Assembly (NCBI GenBank): GCA_037189525.1
Contig: JBBCJC010000001.1
Location: 640,001-704,000 of the forward strand
DNA length: 64,000 nt
Origin: Gemmatimonadales bacterium
GTDB lineage: Bacteria; Gemmatimonadota; Gemmatimonadetes; Gemmatimonadales; GWC2-71-9
Direction of reading: 5' to 3'
Below the pieces are notes generated by a model. That model had not been told where the DNA came from. It ran no database searches and saw only the letters and a list, made by a program, of their open reading frames with translations. Position 1 is the first letter of the stretch. Each line of letters begins with the position of its first letter. The position numbers and the translations under genes were made by a program. Below are positions 26,970-35,900 of this stretch, in pieces.

Positions 26970-28376
26970 TCAACTCACGCCGGGATTGGTGAGACTCTTG
27001 ACCAGACGGTACATGAACTCGAGGCCCTCGTAGAAGGCCTGCGCCGAGACGCGCTCGTTCATCCCGTGCGCGCCGCTGTCGCCGTAGAAGAGGCCGGACA
27101 CGCCGTAGACCGGAATGCCGGCGTTCCGGAAGTAGAGCCCGTCGGTGGCGCCGGTGCTCATGGTCGGGATGACCGGCACACCGGGCCACATCTCGGCCGT
27201 GACCCGCTCGATCTGCTTCATCAGATCCGGTGTCAGCGGCGAAGGCGGGCTGTCCTTGGCCTGGTCGACGGGCGTCACCGACACCTTCGGATTACCGATC
27301 ACCCGCTCCAGCGTGCGCTGCACCTCGGCGGCCGATTCGTCCGGAAGGATCCGGCAGTTGACGTTGGCGCGGGCCCGCTGCGGCAGAGCATTGTTCGCGT
27401 GCCCGGCGTCGAGCCGAGTCGCTACGCAGGAGGTGCGCAGCGCGGAGTTGTAGCCGGGGTCCGCCGACAGGGTACGGATCGCGGCCGTGTCGCGCTCATT
27501 GGCGACGACCGCGCGCATCGCGGCGCCGAGCGCGGGGTCGACCAGCGCGGCCGTCCGGCTGAAGTAGGCACGAGTCACTTCGTTGAGGCGCACCGGGAAA
27601 TCGAACGCGCCGATCCCGACCAGTGCCGCGCTCAAGTGGGTGATCGCATTGTCCCTGACCGGCCGCGAGCTGTGGCCGCCCGGGTTGGTCACCTCCAGCG
27701 TGAAGTCCAGGTACTTCTTCTCGCTCGCCTGCACCGCGTTGGCTACCTTGGCCCCATCACGCAGCTGGCCCCCGCCCCCTTCGTTGAACACGAACTCGGC
27801 GTCGACCAGATCGCGACGGTTCTGAAGCAGCCAGACCACCCCGTTGTCCGGCCCGCCTTCTTCGTCGGCGGTCAGCGCCACGATGATATCGCGATCGGGA
27901 ACGTAGCCTTCGGCCTTCATCCGCATGATCAACGCGAGATGAATCGCCCCTTCATCCTTGTCGTCGGCCACGCCGCGCCCATAGAAGTTGCCGTCACGCT
28001 CGATGAACTCGAACGGCGGCAAGGTCCAATCTTCGGGTTTGGCTTCGACGACATCGTGATGCGACAGGAGCAGAATCGGCTTCTTGTTCGACGAGCGCCC
28101 TCGCAACCGGACGATCAGGTTGCCCTTGTTCGGCGCGGACTCGACCACGACGACGTCGGACGCCGGAAATCCGGCCGCGCGGACGCGGGCGGCCATGGCT
28201 TCGGCCGCCTTCGTCATTTCACCACCGGATTGTGAGGTCTGGTATCCGACCAACTCGGCCAGGAGGTCGCGGGCTACCTGCTCCCACTGCGTCAGCTGCC
28301 GGCTCTGCGCACCGGCCGTCGACACGGCCCCGGAGATGAAGGCGAGCGTGACGAGGCCAGCGCGGAGGAAGGTCAT
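26970..28376 (-). CDS. Secreted M20/M25/M40 metallopeptidase
   Basis: Signal peptide; HHDVV, GRGVADDK, DEE, NEG, HG.NE. Confidence 0.9.
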   Translation of the reverse strand: MTFLRAGLVTLAFISGAVSTAGAQSRQLTQWEQVARDLLAELVGYQTSQSGGEMTKAAEAMAARVRAAGFPASDVVVVESAPNKGNLIVRLRGRSSNKKPILLLSHHDVVEAKPEDWTLPPFEFIERDGNFYGRGVADDKDEGAIHLALIMRMKAEGYVPDRDIIVALTADEEGGPDNGVVWLLQNRRDLVDAEFVFNEGGGGQLRDGAKVANAVQASEKKYLDFTLEVTNPGGHSSRPVRDNAITHLSAALVGIGAFDFPVRLNEVTRAYFSRTAALVDPALGAAMRAVVANERDTAAIRTLSADPGYNSALRTSCVATRLDAGHANNALPQRARANVNCRILPDESAAEVQRTLERVIGNPKVSVTPVDQAKDSPPSPLTPDLMKQIERVTAEMWPGVPVIPTMSTGATDGLYFRNAGIPVYGVSGLFYGDSGAHGMNERVSAQAFYEGLEFMYRLVKSLTNPGVS

Positions 28377-28720
28377 GGGAAGGTCGTCTTGATCCAGTAC
28401 TCGTGCAGCGCCACCAGCGCGACGATGAGGGCGGCCGCAATCAGCAGCGGCCAGACGAACAGGTGGCTGAGCAGCGCGGAGTCCTGTTTGAGATGCATGT
28501 AGAACATCGCCACCAGCGCAAACTTCGCGGCGGACAGGATCAGCAGGATCGGAACCACGATCGGCTCGACCATGCTGTGGAGCGGCATGGTGGGCCGGAC
28601 GCCGATCTCGTAGGCCAGGACCTCGAGCGCCGTCAGCACGAACAGCACGACGCCGATCTTGACGTAGAGGCCGGGCGACGGATGCGCGTGCTCGGCGTGG
28701 CTTTCGCTATGGGATGCCAT
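28373..28720 (-). CDS. ctaF: Cytochrome c oxidase subunit IV
   Basis: KF.LVAMFYMHLK; last oxidase gene of the operon. Confidence 0.88.
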   Translation of the reverse strand: MASHSESHAEHAHPSPGLYVKIGVVLFVLTALEVLAYEIGVRPTMPLHSMVEPIVVPILLILSAAKFALVAMFYMHLKQDSALLSHLFVWPLLIAAALIVALVALHEYWIKTTFP

Positions 28721-28735
28721 GATCAGGATCCTTCC

Positions 28736-29395
28736 TCAGCGCATCAGGTAGACGACGGGGAAGATCACGATCCACACCACGTCGACGAAGTGCCAATACA
28801 ATGCCGCCAGCTCCAGATTGAGCGCCTTTTCCGGCGGTACCTTGCCGCGAATGGCCAGCACCAGCATCGTCGCGAGCCAGATCACACCGATCGAAACGTG
28901 GGTACCGTGGAACCCGGTCAGCGTATAGAACGTCGACCCGAAGAGATTGGTGCTGTACCCCAATCCCTTGTGGAAGAAGTGATAGAACTCGTAGACCTGC
29001 ATGCCCACGAAGAAGAGGCCGCAGAGAACGGTGGCCGAGAGCCAGCCGATCATCATCTTGCGGTTGCCCTTCTGCGCACCGTAGAGCGCCAGCACGACGA
29101 AGAGCGAGCTGAACAGCAGCACCGCCGTACCGAGCGTGACCAGCGGAATCTCGAAGATCGGCTCGCAGGCCTGTTTGGTGCCGTTGAGGACGCATTCCGA
29201 CGCGTCGTGCGGCAGCGGACCGACCAGGCTCTTGCCCTTGTAGACCAGATAGGTCGAGATCAGCGACGCGAAGAACAGACACTCCGACCCGATGAAGGCC
29301 CAGAGCGCGATCTTGCGGTTGTCCATGCCGGTCGACGTCCAATGATGCTCGTCGATCGCGCCCGGCTCGGAAGTATGAGATGCGGCGTGTGCCAC
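28736..29395 (-). CDS. ctaE: Cytochrome c oxidase subunit III
   Basis: SECLFF, TGFHGTHV, YWHFVDVVW. Confidence 0.92.
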   Translation of the reverse strand: MAHAASHTSEPGAIDEHHWTSTGMDNRKIALWAFIGSECLFFASLISTYLVYKGKSLVGPLPHDASECVLNGTKQACEPIFEIPLVTLGTAVLLFSSLFVVLALYGAQKGNRKMMIGWLSATVLCGLFFVGMQVYEFYHFFHKGLGYSTNLFGSTFYTLTGFHGTHVSIGVIWLATMLVLAIRGKVPPEKALNLELAALYWHFVDVVWIVIFPVVYLMR

Positions 29396-29419
29396 GTTTC
29401 GAATCTCCAGTTATCTAGC

Positions 29420-29440
29420 GGGCGAGCGCCGTGCTCGCCC
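29420..29440. other. Intercistronic GC hairpin between ctaD and ctaE
   Basis: GGGCGAGC-gccgt-GCTCGCCC with no U-tract; possible mRNA stabiliser. Confidence 0.45.
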
Positions 29441-29469
29441 CGTCCCAATCGATTATCGCAGCAACCCGC

Positions 29470-31338
29470 TCAGTGCGCCGGCTCGAACGCCCACCGGTAC
29501 ACACCGTAGAACAGCCAGAGCACGCTGAAGATGGTGAACATCCACCAGCTCGGCCACGTCCGGATGAACAACAGACTGAAGAACACCAGGAACACGCCGA
29601 TCGCGGCCACCAGCGGCCAATACGACGGGTTCGGCATGTGGATGTCCTCGCCGCTGACGAGCTCCGGCTCCGGCAACTCGCCACCCGCCGCTCGCCGCGC
29701 ATCCCACTGCGGCACCGAGCTGTGCACCACCGGCAGCTTCGGGAAATTGAACTCCTGCGGCGGCGACGGAATCGACCATTCCAGGGTGGCGCCATGCCAC
29801 GGATCGGCCGGCGCGTTCCGGGGCCCCCTCCAGGTCTTGATGATGTTGACGATGAAGACCAGGAAGCCGGCCGCGAGCATGAACGAGCCGAAGGTCTCGA
29901 CCCGGTTCCAGAACTCGAAGCCCAAGCCTTCCGGATAGGTATAGACGCGGCGCGGCATGCCGTGCAGGCCGAGGAAGTGCATCGGGAAGAACGTCAGGTT
30001 CATGCCGATGAACATCAGCCAGAAGTGCACCTTGCCCAGCGACTCGTTGAGGAGCCGGCCGAACATCTTGGGCCACCAGTAGTAGGCGCCGGCGGTCAGG
30101 CCGAAGATCGCACCGCCGAAGAGCACGTAGTGGAAGTGCGCCACGATGAAGTAGGTATCGGTCTGCTGCAGGTCGGCCGGCGGCGACGAGTGCATCACGC
30201 CCGACAGACCGCCGATGATGAACAGCGCCACCATCGCAATGGCCGACAGCATGGCCGTGGTGTAGCGGATCGAACCGCCCCACATGGTACCGACCCAGTT
30301 GAATATCTTCACCCCGGTTGGGATCGCGATCACCATCGTCGCAATCGCGAAGAAGGTATCGGCAAACGGGCCCATCCCGGTCGCGAACATGTGGTGACTC
30401 CACACGCCGAAGCCGACGAAGCCGATGAAGATGCCCGAAAAGACCATCGCGGTGTAGCCGAAGAGCGGCTTGCGCGAGAAGACCGGCAGGATCTCCGATG
30501 TGATACCGAAGGCCGGAAGAATCAGGATGTAGACCTCCGGGTGACCGAAGATCCAGAAGAGGTGCTGCCACATGACCGGATCGCCACCGCCGTCCGGCAT
30601 GAAGAAGCTGGAACCGAAGTTCCGGTCGAACATGAGCAGGATCAGCGCCACCGTGATGACCGGGAAGGCCAGCACCAGCAGCACCTGCACCACGAAGCTC
30701 ATCCAGACGAACATCGGCATCCGGAGCATCCGCATCCCCGGCGCCCGCATGTTGACGATGGTGACGAAGAAGTTCACCGCCGCCGCCAGCGAGGCTACGC
30801 CCAGGATCTGCAGACCCAGCACCCAGAAGTCGATGTTGAGCCCCGGCGACGGCGCCGCCGCCGTGGCCGACATGACGCGGGACGACGTCAGGTTCGCATA
30901 GCCGAACCAGCCACCGTCGGGCGGTGTGCCCACGATGAAACTGGCATTGATGAACAAGCCGCCCAGCAGGAAGACCCAGTAACTGAAGGCATTGAGCCGC
31001 GGGAAGGCGACGTCACGCGCGCCGATCTGGATCGGGATGAAGTAGTTGAAGAACATCGCCGACAACGGCATGACCCCGAGAAAGATCATGGTCGTGCCGT
31101 GCATCGTGAACAATGCGTTGAACGTGTCCGGATCGACCAGCTTGCCGTTCGGGCCGATCAGCTGCATTCGCATGATCAGCGCTTCGAGACCGCCCAGCAG
31201 GAAGAACAGGAAGGACGTGGCGCCGTACATGATGCCGATCCGCTTGTGATCGACCGTCGTGATCCAGCTCCAGATCCCCGTCTTCGGGTGAGCGTGCGGA
31301 AGCGCCGGGGGACGATGCTCGAGTACCGAGGTTGCCAT
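29470..31338 (-). CDS. ctaD: Cytochrome c oxidase subunit I (A1 type)
   Basis: DHKRIG, HGTTM, GHPEVY, WSHH, AHFHY, MPRR. Confidence 0.96.
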   Translation of the reverse strand: MATSVLEHRPPALPHAHPKTGIWSWITTVDHKRIGIMYGATSFLFFLLGGLEALIMRMQLIGPNGKLVDPDTFNALFTMHGTTMIFLGVMPLSAMFFNYFIPIQIGARDVAFPRLNAFSYWVFLLGGLFINASFIVGTPPDGGWFGYANLTSSRVMSATAAAPSPGLNIDFWVLGLQILGVASLAAAVNFFVTIVNMRAPGMRMLRMPMFVWMSFVVQVLLVLAFPVITVALILLMFDRNFGSSFFMPDGGGDPVMWQHLFWIFGHPEVYILILPAFGITSEILPVFSRKPLFGYTAMVFSGIFIGFVGFGVWSHHMFATGMGPFADTFFAIATMVIAIPTGVKIFNWVGTMWGGSIRYTTAMLSAIAMVALFIIGGLSGVMHSSPPADLQQTDTYFIVAHFHYVLFGGAIFGLTAGAYYWWPKMFGRLLNESLGKVHFWLMFIGMNLTFFPMHFLGLHGMPRRVYTYPEGLGFEFWNRVETFGSFMLAAGFLVFIVNIIKTWRGPRNAPADPWHGATLEWSIPSPPQEFNFPKLPVVHSSVPQWDARRAAGGELPEPELVSGEDIHMPNPSYWPLVAAIGVFLVFFSLLFIRTWPSWWMFTIFSVLWLFYGVYRWAFEPAH

Positions 31339-31350
31339 GGCTTCGTCGCC

Positions 31351-32457
31351 TTATTTGTGCATCCGGAGATACGCCACCAGCGCGTCGATCTCCGTTTCAG
31401 TGAGCGGCCGGGGCAGAATCATGTGGCTGCCCTTTTTCATCCCCTGCGGGTCCCGAAGCCATGCGGCCAGGTTCGCCGGGGTGTTCTCATACATATTGGC
31501 GCCGAGCGTGGTGCGGCTGCCGAAGTGACTGAGGTTGGGACCACGCAACGTCATGGCGCCCGCGAGCGGAGTACCGGCCATGGCGTGACAGGTCATACAA
31601 CCGCCGGCCACGAAGGCCGCCTGACCCTTGGTGTGAATGGTGTCGGCCTTCCAGACGCTGTCGACGCCCGGCGCGACTCGGCCACCCTCGACCAGCGGCG
31701 ACCCCACCCGGCGCGCGGCGATCCACGCATCGAAATCGGCATCCGACTTGACGATGACGCGCAAGCCCATCGTCGCGTGCTGGATGCCGCACAGCTCGGC
31801 GCACTGCCCGGTGTAATCGCCCACCGAGTCGGCCGTGAACCAGAGCGGATTGATCTTGGGATACTTGGTGTTCGGGAACACCGGGAAGACGTCGCGCTTG
31901 GCAGCCAGCTGCGGCGACCAGAAGCTGTGGATCACGTCGGCGCTCCACATCTTGAGGCCGATCATCTTGCTGACCGGTACCACCATCTCGTTGGCCGTCA
32001 CCACCCCGAGCTTGGGATAGCGGAACTCCCACCACCACTGATGCCCGATGACCTCGACTTCGACTTCCGGATTGGGCGTCGGCAGGGAGGTCTTGAAGAT
32101 CGTCTTGACCGTCGGCACCGCGATGAAGACCAGAATAATCGCCGGGATGACGGTCCAGATGATTTCGAGCGTCGTGTTGCCGTGGCTCTGCTCGGGTTCC
32201 GCATCACCAGGCTTGGCCCGGAACCGCCACAACACATAGATCAGGGCCGCTTCCACCAGGACGAAGACGATGACCGCCCACCAGAAGGTCTGGCGGAACA
32301 GGCTGTCGACCAACCGGGTGAAATCACTGCGCGGATCGAGTGTCGTCTGCGGATAGTTCGGGTAGCTGTCGGCACACGCTGCGGCGAGTACGACCAGACC
32401 TAAAAGGGCGGCCTTGGCCATCCACGCATGCTTGGCGCGGTTGGGGCTTCGTTCCAT
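31351..32457 (-). CDS. ctaC: Cytochrome c oxidase subunit II with fused cytochrome c (caa3 type), lipoprotein
   Basis: LAAAC lipobox; DVIHSF; CuA motif CAELCGIQHATM; heme c motif CMTCH. Confidence 0.93.
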   Translation of the reverse strand: MERSPNRAKHAWMAKAALLGLVVLAAACADSYPNYPQTTLDPRSDFTRLVDSLFRQTFWWAVIVFVLVEAALIYVLWRFRAKPGDAEPEQSHGNTTLEIIWTVIPAIILVFIAVPTVKTIFKTSLPTPNPEVEVEVIGHQWWWEFRYPKLGVVTANEMVVPVSKMIGLKMWSADVIHSFWSPQLAAKRDVFPVFPNTKYPKINPLWFTADSVGDYTGQCAELCGIQHATMGLRVIVKSDADFDAWIAARRVGSPLVEGGRVAPGVDSVWKADTIHTKGQAAFVAGGCMTCHAMAGTPLAGAMTLRGPNLSHFGSRTTLGANMYENTPANLAAWLRDPQGMKKGSHMILPRPLTETEIDALVAYLRMHK

Positions 32458-32802
32458 GCGCTGCAAATCCGAGATTAATGAGGATTCGTAGTGAGGCCGG
32501 AGAGGGCCCTCCACGACGGTCCGAAGTTTAATAGCGACAAGCGTTTGCGTCAAGAAAACCGGTCACTTGCATGATTGTTATTTCCGATCAAGAAGCCCCC
32601 TGATTCCGTGGTGCCAGAACCGCGACGACCTGCCCTTCACGGGTGGTTCATATGCCTCGACACGACAACTACTTAGGCGTGTCCGACGCCCCCGTTCCGC
32701 TCCGAAGCAATTGTAGGTACCTTACGATTTGGCGGTTGATTCACCCTGCGCCCGGCTGTAATCCAGCCGGGCCAGCGTCTTTTCTGGAGCCTGGGAGTCG
32801 CC

Positions 32803-33273
32803 ATGATCCGCGAGATGCGAGAAAAACTCGGCGCGGAAATCGAAGCGCTGACGCATGAACTCAAGATCACGCTGCCGCAGGCCATTGCGACGGCCGTGGC
32901 GCTGGGTGATCTCCGGGAAAACTCGGAATACAAGGCCGCGCTGGAACGGCAGCAGCTGGTCCAGGCCCGGCTGGGACAACTCCATCAGCGGCTTGCCCAG
33001 CTGACCCAGCTCGCCAACACCGAGGCGCCGATCGATCGGGTGGGCCTGGGCTCCAAGGTCACCGTCATCGATATCGAGACCGAAGAAACCGAGACCTACC
33101 AGCTGGTCCTGGCCGAAATGATGGACATCGACGCGGGACACATCTCCCTGATGTCGCCGCTCGGTCGCGCCCTCAACGACCGCAAGGTCGGCGACGAGGT
33201 GACCCTCCGGCTCCCGACGCTGACGCGCCGGCTCCGGGTCACCGAACTCGTTACGGTCCATCAGGCAGGCTGA
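32803..33273 (+). CDS. greA: Transcription elongation factor GreA/GreB family
   Basis: GDLRENSEY, ISLMSPLGRAL. Confidence 0.88.
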   Translation: MIREMREKLGAEIEALTHELKITLPQAIATAVALGDLRENSEYKAALERQQLVQARLGQLHQRLAQLTQLANTEAPIDRVGLGSKVTVIDIETEETETYQLVLAEMMDIDAGHISLMSPLGRALNDRKVGDEVTLRLPTLTRRLRVTELVTVHQAG

Positions 33274-33277
33274 GTGT

Positions 33278-33643
33278 ATGGAGTTCCCGAAGAAACTGCT
33301 GGTCGTGGGCGATCGCGTCCTGGTCACCCCGGAAGACGGTGAAGACCGGACCCGGGTCGGGCTCTACCTGCCGGCCACCGCCATCGATACCCAGCAGATC
33401 CAGGGCGGGCTGATCGTCGCCACCGGCCCCGGCGACCCCGTTCCCGACGCCTCGAGCTTCGACGAAGAGCCCTGGCGCGCGCTGGAAAAGACCCCGCGCT
33501 TCCGCCCGATGCAGGCCCGGGTCGGCGATCACGCCATCTTCTTCCGTAAGGCCGCGGTCGAGATCTCCTTCGAAGACAAGAAGTACCTGGTCGTTCCCCA
33601 GGGCGCGATCCTGGTGCTGGTGCGCGATGAATTCCCCATCTGA
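33278..33643 (+). CDS. Co-chaperone GroES-family protein (no adjacent groEL)
   Basis: GDRVLV, GLYLP, ATGPG, VGD; insertion relative to canonical GroES. Confidence 0.85.
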   Translation: MEFPKKLLVVGDRVLVTPEDGEDRTRVGLYLPATAIDTQQIQGGLIVATGPGDPVPDASSFDEEPWRALEKTPRFRPMQARVGDHAIFFRKAAVEISFEDKKYLVVPQGAILVLVRDEFPI

Positions 33644-34091
33644 CCCTCGGGTCAGCACCTCGAAGCCGCTGCCCCGACCGAAGACCATCTTCAGCCGCGC
33701 GCTCCGGCTCCGCTGCCCGGCCTGCGGCGGACGTCCCGTTCTGCTCAGCTGGCTCAAAGTGGCGCCGAACTGCCCCACCTGCGGCTTCCGATTCGATCGC
33801 CACGAGCCCGGATACTGGATCGGGAGTTACAGCATCAACATCTTCGCGACCGAAGGGGTGTTCGCGGTCTTCTTCGTGTTCGGGATGGTCGTCACCTGGC
33901 CCGACGTACCCTGGACCCGGCTCCTGATCATCGGACTGGGACTCGCCGTGGTAACGCCGTTCATCATTTTCCCCTACGCCCGCATGCTCTACCTGGCGCT
34001 CGATTTGAGCGTCCGGCCGCCGGAGCTCGCGGACCTGGCCGATCCGGCGGAGCCATCTCTCGTCAAACGCAATCAGACACCCCGGCCCTGA
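33627..34091 (+). CDS. DUF983 family membrane protein
   Basis: CPACG..CPTCG followed by two TM helices. Confidence 0.82.
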   Translation: MNSPSDPRVSTSKPLPRPKTIFSRALRLRCPACGGRPVLLSWLKVAPNCPTCGFRFDRHEPGYWIGSYSINIFATEGVFAVFFVFGMVVTWPDVPWTRLLIIGLGLAVVTPFIIFPYARMLYLALDLSVRPPELADLADPAEPSLVKRNQTPRP

Positions 34092-34122
34092 CGCTCGTCA
34101 ACACCGCGAAGGACTGACAACA

Positions 34123-34147
34123 GGGGCGTCCACCAGCACGACGCCCC
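34123..34147 (-). terminator. Putative terminator hairpin between convergent genes
   Basis: GGGGCGTC-N9-GACGCCCC, followed by TGTTGT on the minus strand. Confidence 0.5.
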
Positions 34148-34156
34148 CGCCGATCC

Positions 34157-35050
34157 TCAGCGCCCGGCTGCCGCCAGCCGGCGACGCCAGGTACGCACGC
34201 CGAACCAGCCACCGGCCAGCACCAGCCCGACCGGCACCACCACACCAAGCAGCGCAATCCCGCCCGCCACGACGGCCACGAAGTTCCGCCACGCGTTCTT
34301 GAAGGCCTCCTGGATCACGTTTTCACCGGGGCTCCCGACCAACGGCCCGGCCTCGAACACCGTGACGGCCAGCGTGCTCATGGCCACCTGGCGCTCCAGA
34401 TACCGGAGCCGCCCTTCATACCGCTCGATTTCCTGACGCACCCGGGCCAGTTCGCGTTCGACCCCAAGGACTTCCTCGAGCTTGCCGGCACGGGTCGCCA
34501 AGAGTGAGACGAGACGCTCCTCGAGCCGCTTGGCATTGGCCGTGCGCGCCGAGATATCGACGTACTCCTCGCCGACATCCTGGGTCGAGGTGGAAGCGTT
34601 GGTGACCGTACCGACCCCGCTCAGGCGATCGAAAGCCTCCTGGTACCGCGCGGCCGGCAGCTTGATCTCCAGCATGGCGCTTCGGACGGCCTGCTCGCCG
34701 GTCTGGAAGGAACTGTTGGCGACATACCCGCCCATCGCAGTCGCGACCTCGGTCACTCGCCGAATCGCGGCCTCCAGCGAATCGACCCGAATCGATGCGT
34801 ATCCGGTGCGGATCAGCATTCGATCGGGCAGTGGAACCGTCATCGGCGGTTCCTGCGGAGCGTCCTTGCCAAACCCTGCCGCATCGGCAGCCACGCTTCG
34901 GGTCGCCTGGTTGCCCACCAATCCGGGCGCAACGTTGGACGGCGCCGGAGCCTCGTCCATCAACGCTTCGGCCTCCGTCGGCTGATCCATCCCGCACCCA
35001 ACCAGCATCGAGACCAGGAACCCCACGGCAACGACGACTCGACCCGACAT
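34157..35050 (-). CDS. DUF4349 domain lipoprotein
   Basis: LVGC lipobox; RMLIRTG, DVGEEYVD, coiled coil, C-terminal TM helix. Confidence 0.88.
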   Translation of the reverse strand: MSGRVVVAVGFLVSMLVGCGMDQPTEAEALMDEAPAPSNVAPGLVGNQATRSVAADAAGFGKDAPQEPPMTVPLPDRMLIRTGYASIRVDSLEAAIRRVTEVATAMGGYVANSSFQTGEQAVRSAMLEIKLPAARYQEAFDRLSGVGTVTNASTSTQDVGEEYVDISARTANAKRLEERLVSLLATRAGKLEEVLGVERELARVRQEIERYEGRLRYLERQVAMSTLAVTVFEAGPLVGSPGENVIQEAFKNAWRNFVAVVAGGIALLGVVVPVGLVLAGGWFGVRTWRRRLAAAGR

Positions 35051-35206
35051 ATCCCGTTTCCTTTGACCGAAGTGGCCCGGGAGATGCCCCTGTCCCCGAA
35101 ACGTGCACAGCCCGCCTGCCTGTGAGTCCTGCCGCGGTCCCGCGGCGGTAACGCCGAGGTCACGCCGCGTCGGTATCGTGCCCCATATTCGTTGGGAGGA
35201 TTATGG

Positions 35207-35845
35207 ATGATGAGACAGCATATGGCTCGAGCCGGCGCGCTGGTGATCCTCGCCGCGGCCACCTGGACGGCCGGCGCCGCCGCCCAGACGCCCCGCGCCT
35301 GGTCTCCGGGCATCGGGATAAACCTCAACACGGCGCTCGGCCGTGAGGACGCGCCGTGGGGTCCCGGCGTGACCGTCGATCTGCTGCGTCGCTCCGGCCG
35401 GTTCGCCTTCGGGATCGAGGCCGGCTATCAATCGTTTGGTACGCAGGTGAGTCGGGTCGACGACTTCAATAATCAGCCGGGCTGGGTCTACCACGAGGAA
35501 TTCCGCCGCTCATGGTACCGCGCGGCGGCGATTGCCCGAATCGAGTTTGGCACCGCGCCGGTGCGTCCGTACCTGATCGGTGGCGGCGGTCCGTACGACG
35601 GCCACTATCGCGATCGCATCGAAGTCCGCGACGACAACGGCCAGCGCGTGCCGTTCTACGATTTCGAGGGCTCCGGCAGCGACGTCAAAGTCGGGGCCAC
35701 CGCGGGAGCCGGCCTAACGTTCGCGCGGCTCCGCGGGGGGATGCGTCTCGCACTCGAGGGTCGCTGGCACGGAATCTTCGACGTCACGGAAGACGGCTTC
35801 GGTACCGCCGACTTCCTCTCGGTGGGCCTGTCGCTGCGCTGGTAG
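35207..35845 (+). CDS. Putative outer-membrane beta-barrel protein
   Basis: GGAGGA RBS; signal peptide; alternating beta strands, PYLIGGGG, terminal aromatic W. Confidence 0.75.
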   Translation: MMRQHMARAGALVILAAATWTAGAAAQTPRAWSPGIGINLNTALGREDAPWGPGVTVDLLRRSGRFAFGIEAGYQSFGTQVSRVDDFNNQPGWVYHEEFRRSWYRAAAIARIEFGTAPVRPYLIGGGGPYDGHYRDRIEVRDDNGQRVPFYDFEGSGSDVKVGATAGAGLTFARLRGGMRLALEGRWHGIFDVTEDGFGTADFLSVGLSLRW

Positions 35846-35900
35846 CCACGCATCGTCTGCCACCGCGACCTGACCCCAGGTCGCGGAGCCGACGCGTCGA

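Noticed and set aside
29431..32403. 990-aa plus-strand ORF
   Set aside because: Antisense shadow of ctaCD caused by high-GC codon bias; no recognisable motifs.
32540..32600. FNR-like box upstream of ctaC
   Set aside because: Only the ATCAA half-site matches.
35051..35206. ECF-sigma promoters between the divergent envelope genes
   Set aside because: Matches are too degenerate to support.
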